A stretch of DNA of 64,000 nucleotides from a bacterium (GCA_050125095.1 JASFEA010000002.1:69-64068), one strand, 5' to 3'; positions 40,015 to 49,247 are shown, counted from the first letter of the stretch. Notes: a model not told the origin generated them from the sequence alone. Translations and numbers: made by a program.

Positions 40015-40665
40015 TTACAACTCCTCTTCCCTATCGGCCTGCGGCATGAGGAGGGCGATGAGGAGATATACGATAAGCCCGATTCCCCTCGACAGTATGA
40101 TGAAAAGCGCCAGCACGAATCTTACGATATTGGGATCGACGTTGAAGTACTCACCCAGCCCGCCGCAGACGCCCAGGATCATGCGGTCTTCGGTCGAGCG
40201 CCGGAAGGGCGTTCTCTGGCCGGAGGTCTCCCGCCAGTACATGTAGATGAGGAATCCGCCTCCCCCTATCAGGCACAGCGGCCAGAGGACGCTGAAGGCG
40301 ACTCCCCAGGGGTCCCAGATGCTGAAGGTCATTACGCCTACGAAGCGAAGCACGATCACGGCGCCGATACAGACCAGTATTATCCCGGATATGAGAAAGC
40401 CCGTCCCTCGCCTCGGTGCGGCCCGCACCTCCACCCGCCCCTCTCCCCGCGGGAAAAGATACATGCCCAGCAGATACGCCAGTACGCCTATGCCGCCGGC
40501 CAGCGCCAGCGCGGCCCAGGCTATGCGCACCCACAGCGGGTCGATGCCCGCATAGGCTGCCGCCCCGCCGCAGACGCCGTCGATGATGCGGCCTTCCCTT
40601 ACTTTGAATATCTTCTTCGGACCGGCCAGTTTGCGCCTCCTTGTCTCGGTCAGTACGCCAAACAT
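40015..40665 (-). CDS. membrane protein with two PspC domains (phage-shock protein C family)
   Basis: Two copies of the PspC signature followed by TM helices: KKIFKVREGRIIDGVCGGAAAYAGIDPLWVRIAWAALAL and FRRSTEDRMILGVCGGLGEYFNVDPNIVRFVLALFIIL. Confidence 0.75.
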   Translation of the reverse strand: MFGVLTETRRRKLAGPKKIFKVREGRIIDGVCGGAAAYAGIDPLWVRIAWAALALAGGIGVLAYLLGMYLFPRGEGRVEVRAAPRRGTGFLISGIILVCIGAVIVLRFVGVMTFSIWDPWGVAFSVLWPLCLIGGGGFLIYMYWRETSGQRTPFRRSTEDRMILGVCGGLGEYFNVDPNIVRFVLALFIILSRGIGLIVYLLIALLMPQADREEEL

Positions 40666-40757
40666 CTAGCATCGGCCCGGTGCCAAGTCAAGCTATTCCA
40701 CCACGGGGGCCAAAAGGCCTGCTTCAGGCTCCGGCCGGCGCCGGAACGTCACGGCCT

Positions 40758-42149
40758 CTAGCCGTGGAGCGGTCTGCCCGCCGAGCCCTGGGCGGCTTCC
40801 CAGACGATCTCCGACATGGTCGGATGGGGATGTATTACCCGCGCCACCTCTTCCGCCGTGAGGCCCCCCGCCATAGCAGTGGAGACTTCCGAGAGAAGCT
40901 CGGAAGCGTGCGGCGCCAGGAGATGAAAACCTATTACCCTGCCCGTCTGCTTGTCGCAGGTCATCTTGGCCAGGCCGAAGGTCTCACCCAGCGTCAGCGC
41001 CCGGCCGACTCGCCCCAGCTGGACCTTGTACACGGACGCCTCGATGCCCGCTTCCGCGGCCTCCGCCTCCGTCATGCCCACGGCCGCGTACTCAGGGCTG
41101 GTGAAGACGCAGCGCGGAACCGCCGCGTAGTCGATTTCGGAATCAACGCCACATGCGTTCTCAGCTGCCACGACGCCCTGGGCGCTCGCAACATGCGCCA
41201 GCATGAACTTGCCAGTTACGTCGCCTATGGCGTAGATGCCGGTAACGCCGGTGCGCATACGCTTATCCACCGCTATGCGCTTGCCGTCTAGGTCAACACC
41301 CGCCTGCTCCAGGCCCAGGCCCGCAGTGCTCGGCGCTCTGCCCACGGCCACCATTATTTTCTCGGCCTCAATGGCCTTGCCGTCCTCGGTAAGCAATCTG
41401 AGCGGCCCTCTGCCCCTCTCAAGGCCGGTCACGCGCGTCTTCGAGGCCACCCCGATGCCTTTGCGCTTGAGCGCGGCCTCGAGCCTCCTCGCCAGCTCGG
41501 CGTCCTCCCCGGGAAGGAGCTGGGGCATCATCTCGACTATTGTGGTCTCGATACCCAGCGCGCTGTATATCTCGGCGAATTCGCAGCCTACCGCCCCGCC
41601 CCCCACTATGGCAATGCTGCCTGGCAGGTCGTCCAGCGCGAAGGCGTCATCGCTGGTGATTACGCGGTCGCCGTCGGTCTCGAGCCCGGGGAGCTCGATC
41701 CACTCGGATCCCGTCGCTATTATGACGGCCCCGCATTCAAGCGTTAGGGTGCCCCCGGCGGTATCCACCCCCACCTTATCGGGTCCCAGCAGCGCCCCGC
41801 TACCCCTGATAAGCCTGACCCCGGCGTGAGACAGGAGGTCCTCGACCCCCTTTCGCATGGTCTCCACCACGCCCCTGGAGCGTGACGCGATCACGGAGGC
41901 GTCGAACCTCACGTCGCCGACGCTTATGCCGAACTCCCGCGAACCGGAAATGGCGCGCAAGAGGCCCGTGCTGGCCAGCAGGGCCTTTGTGGGTATGCAG
42001 CCCCTGTTGAGGCAGGTGCCGCCTACTACATCTTTCTCTATCACGGCGACCGAGGCCCCGAGGCCCGCTGCCCTCAGGGCGGATACATAGCCGCCCGGCC
42101 CGGCGCCTATTACCGCTACATCAACGCGCTCGTCACTCAACGCCCGCAA
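40758..42149 (-). CDS. lpdA: dihydrolipoyl dehydrogenase (E3)
   Basis: 463 aa. FAD motif VIGAGPGG, redox-active disulfide GGTCLNRGCIPTKALL, NAD-binding GGGAVGCEFA, and the C-terminal HPHPTMSE interface motif. Confidence 0.85.
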   Translation of the reverse strand: MRALSDERVDVAVIGAGPGGYVSALRAAGLGASVAVIEKDVVGGTCLNRGCIPTKALLASTGLLRAISGSREFGISVGDVRFDASVIASRSRGVVETMRKGVEDLLSHAGVRLIRGSGALLGPDKVGVDTAGGTLTLECGAVIIATGSEWIELPGLETDGDRVITSDDAFALDDLPGSIAIVGGGAVGCEFAEIYSALGIETTIVEMMPQLLPGEDAELARRLEAALKRKGIGVASKTRVTGLERGRGPLRLLTEDGKAIEAEKIMVAVGRAPSTAGLGLEQAGVDLDGKRIAVDKRMRTGVTGIYAIGDVTGKFMLAHVASAQGVVAAENACGVDSEIDYAAVPRCVFTSPEYAAVGMTEAEAAEAGIEASVYKVQLGRVGRALTLGETFGLAKMTCDKQTGRVIGFHLLAPHASELLSEVSTAMAGGLTAEEVARVIHPHPTMSEIVWEAAQGSAGRPLHG

Positions 42150-43008
42150 TCCCCCCCGCTTTGACCTTGTGCATGTCCAGCCCCAGTTCGGAGGCCGTCC
42201 CGCCCATGGCCAAACACAAGAGCTGGCTTAGGTAGAAAACAGGCAGACCATACTTCCTGCCCGTCTTGCGCTCGAGAAGCGTCTGGCCGACGTCGAACTG
42301 CTCGAAGCAGAACGGGCAGGCCAGCACTATCGCCTGGGCGCCGGCTTCCTTCATTGCGCTGAGCTTGCGCTCCAGTATGCCCGTTGAAGTCTCCTCGTCC
42401 AGCGATGGCCTTCCGCAGCACAGGTACTTGTCTTCATAGGTTATAGACTCGGCCCCCACAAGAGCCACAAGCTCGTCCAGGCATCTCGGCTTCTCGGGGT
42501 CGTCGAAATCGACCGCACCCGAGGGCCGCGTAAGATGGCAGCCGTAGTGACAGGCTATTCTGAGGCCGTCAAGCCTCCTCTTCACCCCGGCCGCTATCTC
42601 TTTCATGCGCTCCTCATCGAAGAGAATCTCGAGAAAGTGCGATACCGGCGGGAGGTTGAGGTCCAGCCCGAGTTTCCCGATGCGCGCCGCGGCGTCCGTG
42701 CGCGACCCGGGATCCTCCGAAAGAAGATGCCTGGCCTCCGAAAGAGATGAAGCGCAGCCCGGGCAGAGCGTCACGATGGGCTTCTCGCCGTCCAGAGACA
42801 GGTTGCGGGCCGCCAGGCTCAGCCAGTCGCTCCTCGATGAGGATCTGAACACCACGGGATCGGGGCAGCAGGTGAAGCGTGCATCATCCTCCAGGCCGAT
42901 CCCCAGGCTCTCCAGGACCCGCCTCACCGAAACCTCGATATGAGGCAGTTTGGTCCTTGCGAGGCAGCCGGGGAAAAAGCGGTAGGCGGATGCGCGGTTT
43001 TCACTCAT
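42133..43008 (-). CDS. heterodisulfide reductase subunit B-like protein (two CCG cysteine-rich domains)
   Basis: 291 aa with two CCG-type domains (…CCPDPV…CPGC… and …CHYGCH…YLCCGRPSL…CPFCFEQF). It overlaps lpdA by 17 nt and the HdrC-like gene by 8 nt. Confidence 0.6.
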   Translation of the reverse strand: MSENRASAYRFFPGCLARTKLPHIEVSVRRVLESLGIGLEDDARFTCCPDPVVFRSSSRSDWLSLAARNLSLDGEKPIVTLCPGCASSLSEARHLLSEDPGSRTDAAARIGKLGLDLNLPPVSHFLEILFDEERMKEIAAGVKRRLDGLRIACHYGCHLTRPSGAVDFDDPEKPRCLDELVALVGAESITYEDKYLCCGRPSLDEETSTGILERKLSAMKEAGAQAIVLACPFCFEQFDVGQTLLERKTGRKYGLPVFYLSQLLCLAMGGTASELGLDMHKVKAGGIAGVE

Positions 43009-43465
43009 GGCCCGTAATCAACCCCAGTTCTTTTGCGTCGCCGGGCTCCGCCGCGGGGAGGCCCATCTTCTCTCTCAATTCCATGGCGCGCCGGGTGAGC
43101 GCGCCGGCCACTCCCTTCTCGATAACGCTCCGGCGTATGTTGGCCACGCCCTCGGGAGAGGTCCCCTCGCGGAAGCTCAGGTTTCTGAGCGCTATGATGA
43201 CTTCGAGCGGCTTGACACCGGCGGGGCAGCGCTCATGGCAGGTATAGCAGGTGGTGCATTTCCAGATCGGCGATTCCCGGCCCACCAGTTCCCGGCCTAT
43301 TCCCAGGCATACCCTGAGAAAGATCTGCCTCGGATTGAAATCATCCGAGAACCTGGCCGCCGGGCAATCACCCACGCAGATGCCGCAGGAATAACAGAGC
43401 CTGGCCAGCTCCCGCCCGCCGATTATGTCTATTTCCTCACTGGTTGCGCTTCCTACCGTATGCAT
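43001..43465 (-). CDS. heterodisulfide reductase subunit C-like 2x[4Fe-4S] ferredoxin
   Basis: 154 aa with CYSCGICVGDCP and CTTCYTCHERCP motifs. Confidence 0.6.
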   Translation of the reverse strand: MHTVGSATSEEIDIIGGRELARLCYSCGICVGDCPAARFSDDFNPRQIFLRVCLGIGRELVGRESPIWKCTTCYTCHERCPAGVKPLEVIIALRNLSFREGTSPEGVANIRRSVIEKGVAGALTRRAMELREKMGLPAAEPGDAKELGLITGHE

Positions 43466-43548
43466 TGCACTTCATATCTACCATAATCGGCAGCGCAGGA
43501 CAACAGCGGATTTCGCCCGGGAAGGTTACAAGCAAGGGGTCAGGGGAA

Positions 43549-43725
43549 GGGGTCAGGTCTGAAAATGCACATTGTGCATAAGGAAGGGGTCAGGTCTTGG
43601 TTGCACAATACCCTCGACGCGAATGCGAAGGCGTTCCGCCGAGGCTCCGTGTTGTAAAGAAGCCACCGGCGGAATGCCGAGCAAACCGCAGGGCCGGCCA
43701 TTGTGCAACCAAGACCTGACCCCCA
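43549..43725. repeat. structured intergenic repeat element, copy 2
   Basis: Mini-palindrome GGGGTCAGGTCTGAAAATGCACATTGTGCAT (43549..43579). Left arm GGGGTCAGGTCTTGGTTGCACAAT (43587..43610), a core ~90% identical to copy 1, and right arm ATTGTGCAACCAAGACCTGACCCCC (43700..43725). The arm interior differs from copy 1 (GGTTGCACAAT vs AAATGCACA) but stays complementary to its own partner. Confidence 0.8.
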
Positions 43726-43734
43726 GGAGAGAAA

Positions 43735-44721
43735 CTACCATCTCAATCTCATGGAGATCCTGTGGACGCCGCTGAAGACGCCGAACTCGGTATAAGCGTA
43801 GTCGACGGCGGTGGCGCCGAAGGACGTGTCCAGCTTGACGCCGGCGCCGCCTGATATGCCCATTTCCTCCGCGTTGGTGGTATAGCCCATCCTCACGAAC
43901 ACGGTGTTGTTCCAGCCGTATTCGCCGCCGAGGTGAACCCGCTCGGAGTAATCGGTAGGATGGGTGGCGTCCAGGGCCATGGTGAGCACGCTGTTCTGGC
44001 CGAATTCCCAATCGTAGGCAATGCCCAGCCGGAAGTTGAGGGGCAGGTCATTGCTCCCGAACATGCGCACTTCCTCTATATGCGATGTGCCTATGTAGTA
44101 CTTGTCTGTATACGACCCGTCGTAAACGAGGTCCGGGCCGAAGTTGGTGGTCGCCATCGCCAGCCTGAGCGAGTTAAATCCGGTGTGGTATACCGTGCCG
44201 AAGTCAAAGGCGACTCCCCTGGCGCTGTAGTCGTAGATCGACTGGTCGATGTATTTGAACGTTCCCCCGACATAGAGCATGTCGGTCCACCTCTTGGCGT
44301 ATGTGAAACCGACGGCTATGTCCCGGGCCGTGAAGGTGCCGGAGGCCTCAGTGGAGGAGTGCTCGCTCACCAGCTGCATTTCGCCGTAATCGGCCGTAAG
44401 AACGCTGAACGCGAAAGTGCCGAGCTCTTTGTACTTGAAAGCATAGGCACCGCCTATGAGCCTGACGTCAGCCAGCCATTCGGCATCGCTCACGAAGACT
44501 TCATCCCCGTCCAGGCCCGCCAGCCCGGCCGGGTTGCTGAACACCGAGGGCGCGCCCCAGACGCTGGCAGCATAGGCCTCGCCCATGGCCACTCCCCTCG
44601 AATCTATGCCTATCTTAAGAAACAGGGCGCTGGAACTTCCCACCTTGTCAACGGCCGCTGACGCAGTGCCGGCGCCCGCGAGCAGGGCACATATAGCGGC
44701 CAGCGCGATCGTCTTCCTCAT
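43735..44721 (-). CDS. FadL-fold outer-membrane beta-barrel, PorV/PorP-like (T9SS-associated candidate), module 1
   Basis: 328 aa. Signal peptide, N-terminal motif KVGSSSALFLKIGIDSRGVAMGEAYAA…SNPAGLA (shared by FadL/PorV-type barrels), and a C-terminal aromatic residue (…RLRW). It is a paralog of 59138..60115 and sits directly downstream of a T9SS-CTD protein. Confidence 0.5.
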   Translation of the reverse strand: MRKTIALAAICALLAGAGTASAAVDKVGSSSALFLKIGIDSRGVAMGEAYAASVWGAPSVFSNPAGLAGLDGDEVFVSDAEWLADVRLIGGAYAFKYKELGTFAFSVLTADYGEMQLVSEHSSTEASGTFTARDIAVGFTYAKRWTDMLYVGGTFKYIDQSIYDYSARGVAFDFGTVYHTGFNSLRLAMATTNFGPDLVYDGSYTDKYYIGTSHIEEVRMFGSNDLPLNFRLGIAYDWEFGQNSVLTMALDATHPTDYSERVHLGGEYGWNNTVFVRMGYTTNAEEMGISGGAGVKLDTSFGATAVDYAYTEFGVFSGVHRISMRLRW

Positions 44722-44741
44722 GGTCAGGTCCTCCTTAGGTT

Positions 44742-46625
44742 TTATCGGTCACCACGTATGACTGCAAATTTGCCTATTGCTTCACCGTACTCGTCGCTCA
44801 CGACCCTGTAGATGTATATACCGCTCGCTATCGACATGTTGTTGTAGGTCAGCATGTCCCATCTCTCGCCGCCGGTCTCGCTCCCCTCGGTGTCGGGCGT
44901 CTCATCACCCGGCATATTGTGGTAGATGGTGCTTACGAGCTCGCCGGTAAGCGAATAGACGAATATGGAGCAGCGCTTGGGCAGGTTCTGGAACATGATG
45001 GTGCCCTCGAAGTCGCTCCTCTCCCAGTCGGCGCTCCCCCTGTAAGGATTGGGAGCCACGAGTATATTGTCGAGCGCGCGGGACTTCCTGCCCGCCATGC
45101 ATTCTTGCATGCATCTCTCATAGCATTCGTCACAGCCCTGGCAGTGCTCCGTGCAGTCGTACTCGCAGTCGCCGCTCCAGTCTGTGGGAAGCGTGGTGGC
45201 GACCACCCCGGTGAGGGTCTTTACGTCCCAGGCGCCCTTGGTGGTCTCGTTCTCATTGCTGTCATAGGCGGTTACGCAGTAGAAGGCCGGGAATCCGATC
45301 TTTACCGTATCAAGCGCGGCGTTTACGTAGGGCCTGCCGCTGTAGTCCCGGATCAGGTCCCAGGGACCCGTGTTGGAGACATAGCTCTTGTAGACCCTGT
45401 AGCCGGCGAAATCGGCGTCCTCTTCCGAGTCCGATTCCCACTCGAGGCTGACCAGCGTGCCCTCGAGAAGAGGCTCCTCGAGCACGGGGGCGCTGGGCGC
45501 CGGGTCGTCCACCTGGAGGCCGTTTGCGTAGAGGTGGCGCACCGCGTCCACGTGATCGACCAGCGTGCCCATATCAGACGCTCCGGCCCCGATCCTCCTC
45601 CAGTAATCGGCGTCGAAACCCTGCCCGAAGACAATGGCCATATAGAAGGTGGCCTCGTCCCCGGCCCGGGCCTCATAGGGGCCGACCGCGCTCAATATCC
45701 TGTAATCAAAAGGCGTGTCCGGCGGGTATTCCCTGATGGTCCCCGAGGAGATCCTGTCATAGGCGGCTGCGTGGCCGGTGGCGTCATTGTTCCAGTCCCA
45801 CCAGGTGAACGTCTCCCAGGTCGTCGACGGCGTGGGCGCCTCGGTCACCGAACCGCCCGGGGGCGGCGCGGAAAGGAGGATCTGGCCCACGTGCTGCGCC
45901 GAGAGGAGGCCGCTCGACGGATCGTCTATGATCGCCGGGTCGCCGTCATCGTCGTACATGTAGGCGATATCTCTTGTCTCGTCGTAGGCCGTCAGATCGT
46001 CATAGTAATAATCCTTGAGGCTGTTGTTGCCTATATCGCAGTCGGTCATCCAGCCCCACCAGTAGTGGTTGAGGTCCTTGGAAAATTCCAGGTCGACTTT
46101 GATGACTATGAAGTCGTCGTAGCGAGGGTCCTCCCACATCATATAGCGGGTGGTTACCTTCACGCCGAGGTCGCGCGGCGAATAGCCCGTGTCGAACTCG
46201 CTCTCGACATCCAGGTTGCTCTGGCCGGGGCTGGCGAAGGCGAAACCGCTGCAGACCGAATCGTAGATGTAGAAGTCGAGCTGGTCGAACGTGGCAGCGG
46301 CCACCCAGGGGTCTCCGGCCTCGTTCTCGTCGGCATAGCCGCCCATCCAGATGCCCGACTGGAAGACCTGCTGGTCCTGGCTCGCGCCCGGGTAATAGCC
46401 CGAATAGAGAGCCAGCCCGATGCTGTAGACCCCGGGATACCAGAGGTCGCCTATGGTATAGCTGGAGGTCACGCCGACACAGCTGGTCGGGGACGCCGTT
46501 CCCCCCAGGATCGCCGGCGCTTGACTCCCGAACTCCGCGATTACCGCCTCGTCGTAGGCCAGCGCCGAGTGGCCCGTCGCAAACAGCGCGAGCAGCACAA
46601 CCGCAATCCTCATGCTCAATCTCAT
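44742..46625 (-). CDS. secreted protein with C-terminal T9SS type-A sorting domain (Por_Secre_tail/FlgD-Ig-like), FN3-like region and Cys-rich insert; module 1 cargo
   Basis: 627 aa with a signal peptide. The C-terminus (ILVAPNPYRGS…FQNLPKRCSIFVYSLTGELV…RWDMLTYNNMSIASGIYIYRVV…GKFAVIR) fits the type-A CTD consensus. An FN3-like stretch (GYRVYKS…FYCVTAYD) is present. A 10-Cys cluster DCEYDCTEHCQGCDECYERCMQECM lies at ~45100..45190. It is a paralog of 60141..62255. Confidence 0.65.
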   Translation of the reverse strand: MRLSMRIAVVLLALFATGHSALAYDEAVIAEFGSQAPAILGGTASPTSCVGVTSSYTIGDLWYPGVYSIGLALYSGYYPGASQDQQVFQSGIWMGGYADENEAGDPWVAAATFDQLDFYIYDSVCSGFAFASPGQSNLDVESEFDTGYSPRDLGVKVTTRYMMWEDPRYDDFIVIKVDLEFSKDLNHYWWGWMTDCDIGNNSLKDYYYDDLTAYDETRDIAYMYDDDGDPAIIDDPSSGLLSAQHVGQILLSAPPPGGSVTEAPTPSTTWETFTWWDWNNDATGHAAAYDRISSGTIREYPPDTPFDYRILSAVGPYEARAGDEATFYMAIVFGQGFDADYWRRIGAGASDMGTLVDHVDAVRHLYANGLQVDDPAPSAPVLEEPLLEGTLVSLEWESDSEEDADFAGYRVYKSYVSNTGPWDLIRDYSGRPYVNAALDTVKIGFPAFYCVTAYDSNENETTKGAWDVKTLTGVVATTLPTDWSGDCEYDCTEHCQGCDECYERCMQECMAGRKSRALDNILVAPNPYRGSADWERSDFEGTIMFQNLPKRCSIFVYSLTGELVSTIYHNMPGDETPDTEGSETGGERWDMLTYNNMSIASGIYIYRVVSDEYGEAIGKFAVIRGDR

Positions 46626-46640
46626 CTCATACCTCCGTGG

Positions 46641-49247
46641 CTAAAACACCAGACGAAATCCTGCGCGAATCTCCCTCGGTCCCCCGTAGACCTTCACGTT
46701 GTTATACGGGCCGGTCCACGTGCCGTAGAGCCGCAGATATCTCATGAGGTCCGTATTGTCGTCGTTGAAATTGACGAGGTTCTTCTTGTCAAAGAGGTTG
46801 TAGACCTCCAGGAACACCTGCTCCTTCTGGGTGAAGAGCTGGAAGTCTTTGGACAGCCTCATGTTGACCAGGGAGATGTCCGGGAATCTCGCAGTGTTCT
46901 GCTCTGGCTGCAGCGACCTCGTTGCCTCGGTCGGCGTGTAAGGAGATCCCGTTGCATACTTGACCAGGAAGTTGATGGCCCAGTTGTCCACCCTGCCGTA
47001 GCCGATGTCGAATACCAGGCTGTGCCTCCTGTCCCAATCAAGGTAATACTCTCTCGTGGCGGCTTGGGTGCCGTCGAAGAGCTGGTTGTAGCCTTCGACC
47101 ACGTCCGAACTCCGTCCCTTGCCTATCATGAACGTATAGATGACGCGCCCCATCCACGACTCCTTGAAGCGCTTCCTCAGCGTGAACTCGAACCCCCTGA
47201 CGTTGCCGTAGTCGGTGTTCATGTAAGTCGTGTACTGCGTTGCGTCGGCGGGGGTGTCGACGTCCCTGGAGTCGTTGATGGTAACCGTGGATACCAGGTT
47301 GTCGAGGTTCTTATAGAAACCGGTAATGTCTATGACCATGCCCTCGGCCACCACGCTCTCGATGCCGACCTCGTATGAGACGGTCTTCTCGGGCTGCAGG
47401 TCCGGGTTTCCAACGAGCGGCCAGTGGCCGCCCATGTCGTACTTGGTGTTGGTGTAGAGGTATCCGAACGGCGGCACCTGGAAGTAATGGCCGTAGGCGA
47501 AGTGAAGCACGGAGGACTCGCCCACCGGATGCGAAATACCGAGCCTGGGGCTTACCCTGGCCTTGGTCGCCGCGTCCGTAAGATTCCACAGCGGGGGCTC
47601 CGTCGCGTCCGGCCCGGCGCACTCGGGGCCGGGGACCTGGACGCTGGGGTCCCACGGATAGGTCTCGTCGGAGGGTATCTTCATGGCCGGGGCGAACACG
47701 TCAAGCCGGAGGCCCGCGTTCACGATCAGGCCGCTGTACTCGATCTTGTCCTGAGCGTAGGCCACCGCATAGGTCGGTCTCACGAGATACTGGTTCTTGT
47801 ATATGTTGCCCGGGGACGCGTACACCTCATGATGCCTCGTCTTGTACCTGGTGTACTCGCCGCCGAGCTTGAACTGGTGGCTGCTGTTGGCCTGCAATGT
47901 GTAGCTTCCCCGGATGCTGTTCACGGTCGACTCGGAGTCGTGGAAGAGATTGTTGTCGCCGCCTATGATGAAGTTGTCCTCATCGTATACGGTGTTGAGA
48001 TCGATCCCGCCGCCGCCGTCTTCGACGGGTGTGGTGTTCCACTCCTGGGACTGATTCATGTCCCACCACCTGCCGGGCTGCGCGACATGGTAATTGGTCT
48101 CGAAGCGCGAGAATGAAATATCATAATACGAGCTGGTGCTGACCATATGGTTCATGCCCAGCACGGCCGCGAGGCTCCACCTGTCGTAACCCAGAAACGT
48201 CTCAGGAACGTACTGGCGCTGTGCGTTCCAGACGCTGAACTGAGTGTCATAGAACAGACCCTCGAAATAGAGCTTCACCCCGCCCGCCGGGAATCCCGTG
48301 AACTTCCAGATGGCCTGGGTGCGGTCGCGCCACTGATTATCGAGCACGTGCACGCGCGGATCCCAGTCGTCCCACTTCGAAGATTCCACCGACATGAAGT
48401 ACTTGAGGTCCTGCGTCCATGGGCTGGGCCCGCTCAGGCTCAGGGTGGCGGTCCTGTAGCCGGTGTCGTACTTGCCGGCGTCGTCGGCCGATTCCCAGAG
48501 GCCCTCGATGGGAAGATAGAAAGCTGTGCCGAATTCCCCGCGGAACTCCTGCCCGCCCTCCTTGGACACGACATTTACGATGGCGCTCTGGGCGTTGCCG
48601 TACTCGGGGTTGTAGCCGCCGGTCAGGATCATCATCTCCTGAATCGAGGCTTCGTCGTACCCCGCTGCGGCCTGCGAGAAAATGGGATCGAGAATCGACG
48701 CGCCGTTGATGGTATAGGCGACTTCGTTCTCCCGGCCTCCCCTTATGTGTATGCCCCTGCGGTCGGTCGTCGCGCCCGCCTGGAAGGAGACTATGTCGAA
48801 GGGCGTCTCGACCGGAAGCATCTCGATCTCATCATGTTCTATGATATTGAGCGAAGAAGTCTTGTCCTTCCGGATCAGCGGCCTCTCGGCGGTGACCACG
48901 ATCTCCTCGACCACGTCGAGGACGGCGGGACTGAGTTCGAAGTCGATGCTGCTCGTAAAGTCCGCGTTGACCGAGGCATCCGCCTTCATGATGGTCTCGT
49001 ATCCCATCATCGCCGCCTTGACGCTATACGTCCCCGGCGGGACATTGACGATGTGATAGCGGCCCTCGGGATTGGTGATCGCCCCCATCGTCGTACCGTC
49101 CAGGGTCACATTGACGGCGACGAGCGGTTCGCCCGTGTCACTGTCGACCACGATGCCTGCGACTTTACCGGCAGTGCCCGCCCACAGCGTCAGGGCGCCG
49201 CCGAAAAGCACGAACGCAAAAACAGCTAACGCCAGCCTTCTACGCAT
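46641..49247 (-). CDS. TonB-dependent receptor with N-terminal carboxypeptidase-regulatory-like domain (SusC/RagA-like architecture), module 1
   Basis: Signal peptide. CarbopepD_reg-like domain (GKVAGIVVDSDTGEPLVAVNVTLDGTTMGAITNPEGRYHIVNVPPGTYSV), a plug domain, a long barrel, and a C-terminal …GFRLVF. Start likely ATG at 49247, preceded by GGAGGGG 8 nt upstream; the ORF track gives 49262. Confidence 0.8.
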   Translation of the reverse strand: MRRRLALAVFAFVLFGGALTLWAGTAGKVAGIVVDSDTGEPLVAVNVTLDGTTMGAITNPEGRYHIVNVPPGTYSVKAAMMGYETIMKADASVNADFTSSIDFELSPAVLDVVEEIVVTAERPLIRKDKTSSLNIIEHDEIEMLPVETPFDIVSFQAGATTDRRGIHIRGGRENEVAYTINGASILDPIFSQAAAGYDEASIQEMMILTGGYNPEYGNAQSAIVNVVSKEGGQEFRGEFGTAFYLPIEGLWESADDAGKYDTGYRTATLSLSGPSPWTQDLKYFMSVESSKWDDWDPRVHVLDNQWRDRTQAIWKFTGFPAGGVKLYFEGLFYDTQFSVWNAQRQYVPETFLGYDRWSLAAVLGMNHMVSTSSYYDISFSRFETNYHVAQPGRWWDMNQSQEWNTTPVEDGGGGIDLNTVYDEDNFIIGGDNNLFHDSESTVNSIRGSYTLQANSSHQFKLGGEYTRYKTRHHEVYASPGNIYKNQYLVRPTYAVAYAQDKIEYSGLIVNAGLRLDVFAPAMKIPSDETYPWDPSVQVPGPECAGPDATEPPLWNLTDAATKARVSPRLGISHPVGESSVLHFAYGHYFQVPPFGYLYTNTKYDMGGHWPLVGNPDLQPEKTVSYEVGIESVVAEGMVIDITGFYKNLDNLVSTVTINDSRDVDTPADATQYTTYMNTDYGNVRGFEFTLRKRFKESWMGRVIYTFMIGKGRSSDVVEGYNQLFDGTQAATREYYLDWDRRHSLVFDIGYGRVDNWAINFLVKYATGSPYTPTEATRSLQPEQNTARFPDISLVNMRLSKDFQLFTQKEQVFLEVYNLFDKKNLVNFNDDNTDLMRYLRLYGTWTGPYNNVKVYGGPREIRAGFRLVF

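Noticed and set aside
43735-44721. Calling the small barrels definitively PorV (LptO)
   Set aside because: At ~325 aa they are shorter than typical PorV (~390 aa) and closer to PorP/SprF size. The N-terminal G..AR..MGEA…NPAG motif is shared across FadL-type barrels. They are left as PorV/PorP-like pending HMM assignment.
44919-47378. 819-aa plus-strand ORF antisense to the module-1 CTD-protein and TBDR genes
   Set aside because: It spans two real genes on the opposite strand, including their intergenic gap; there are no motifs, and the composition is typical of an antisense frame.
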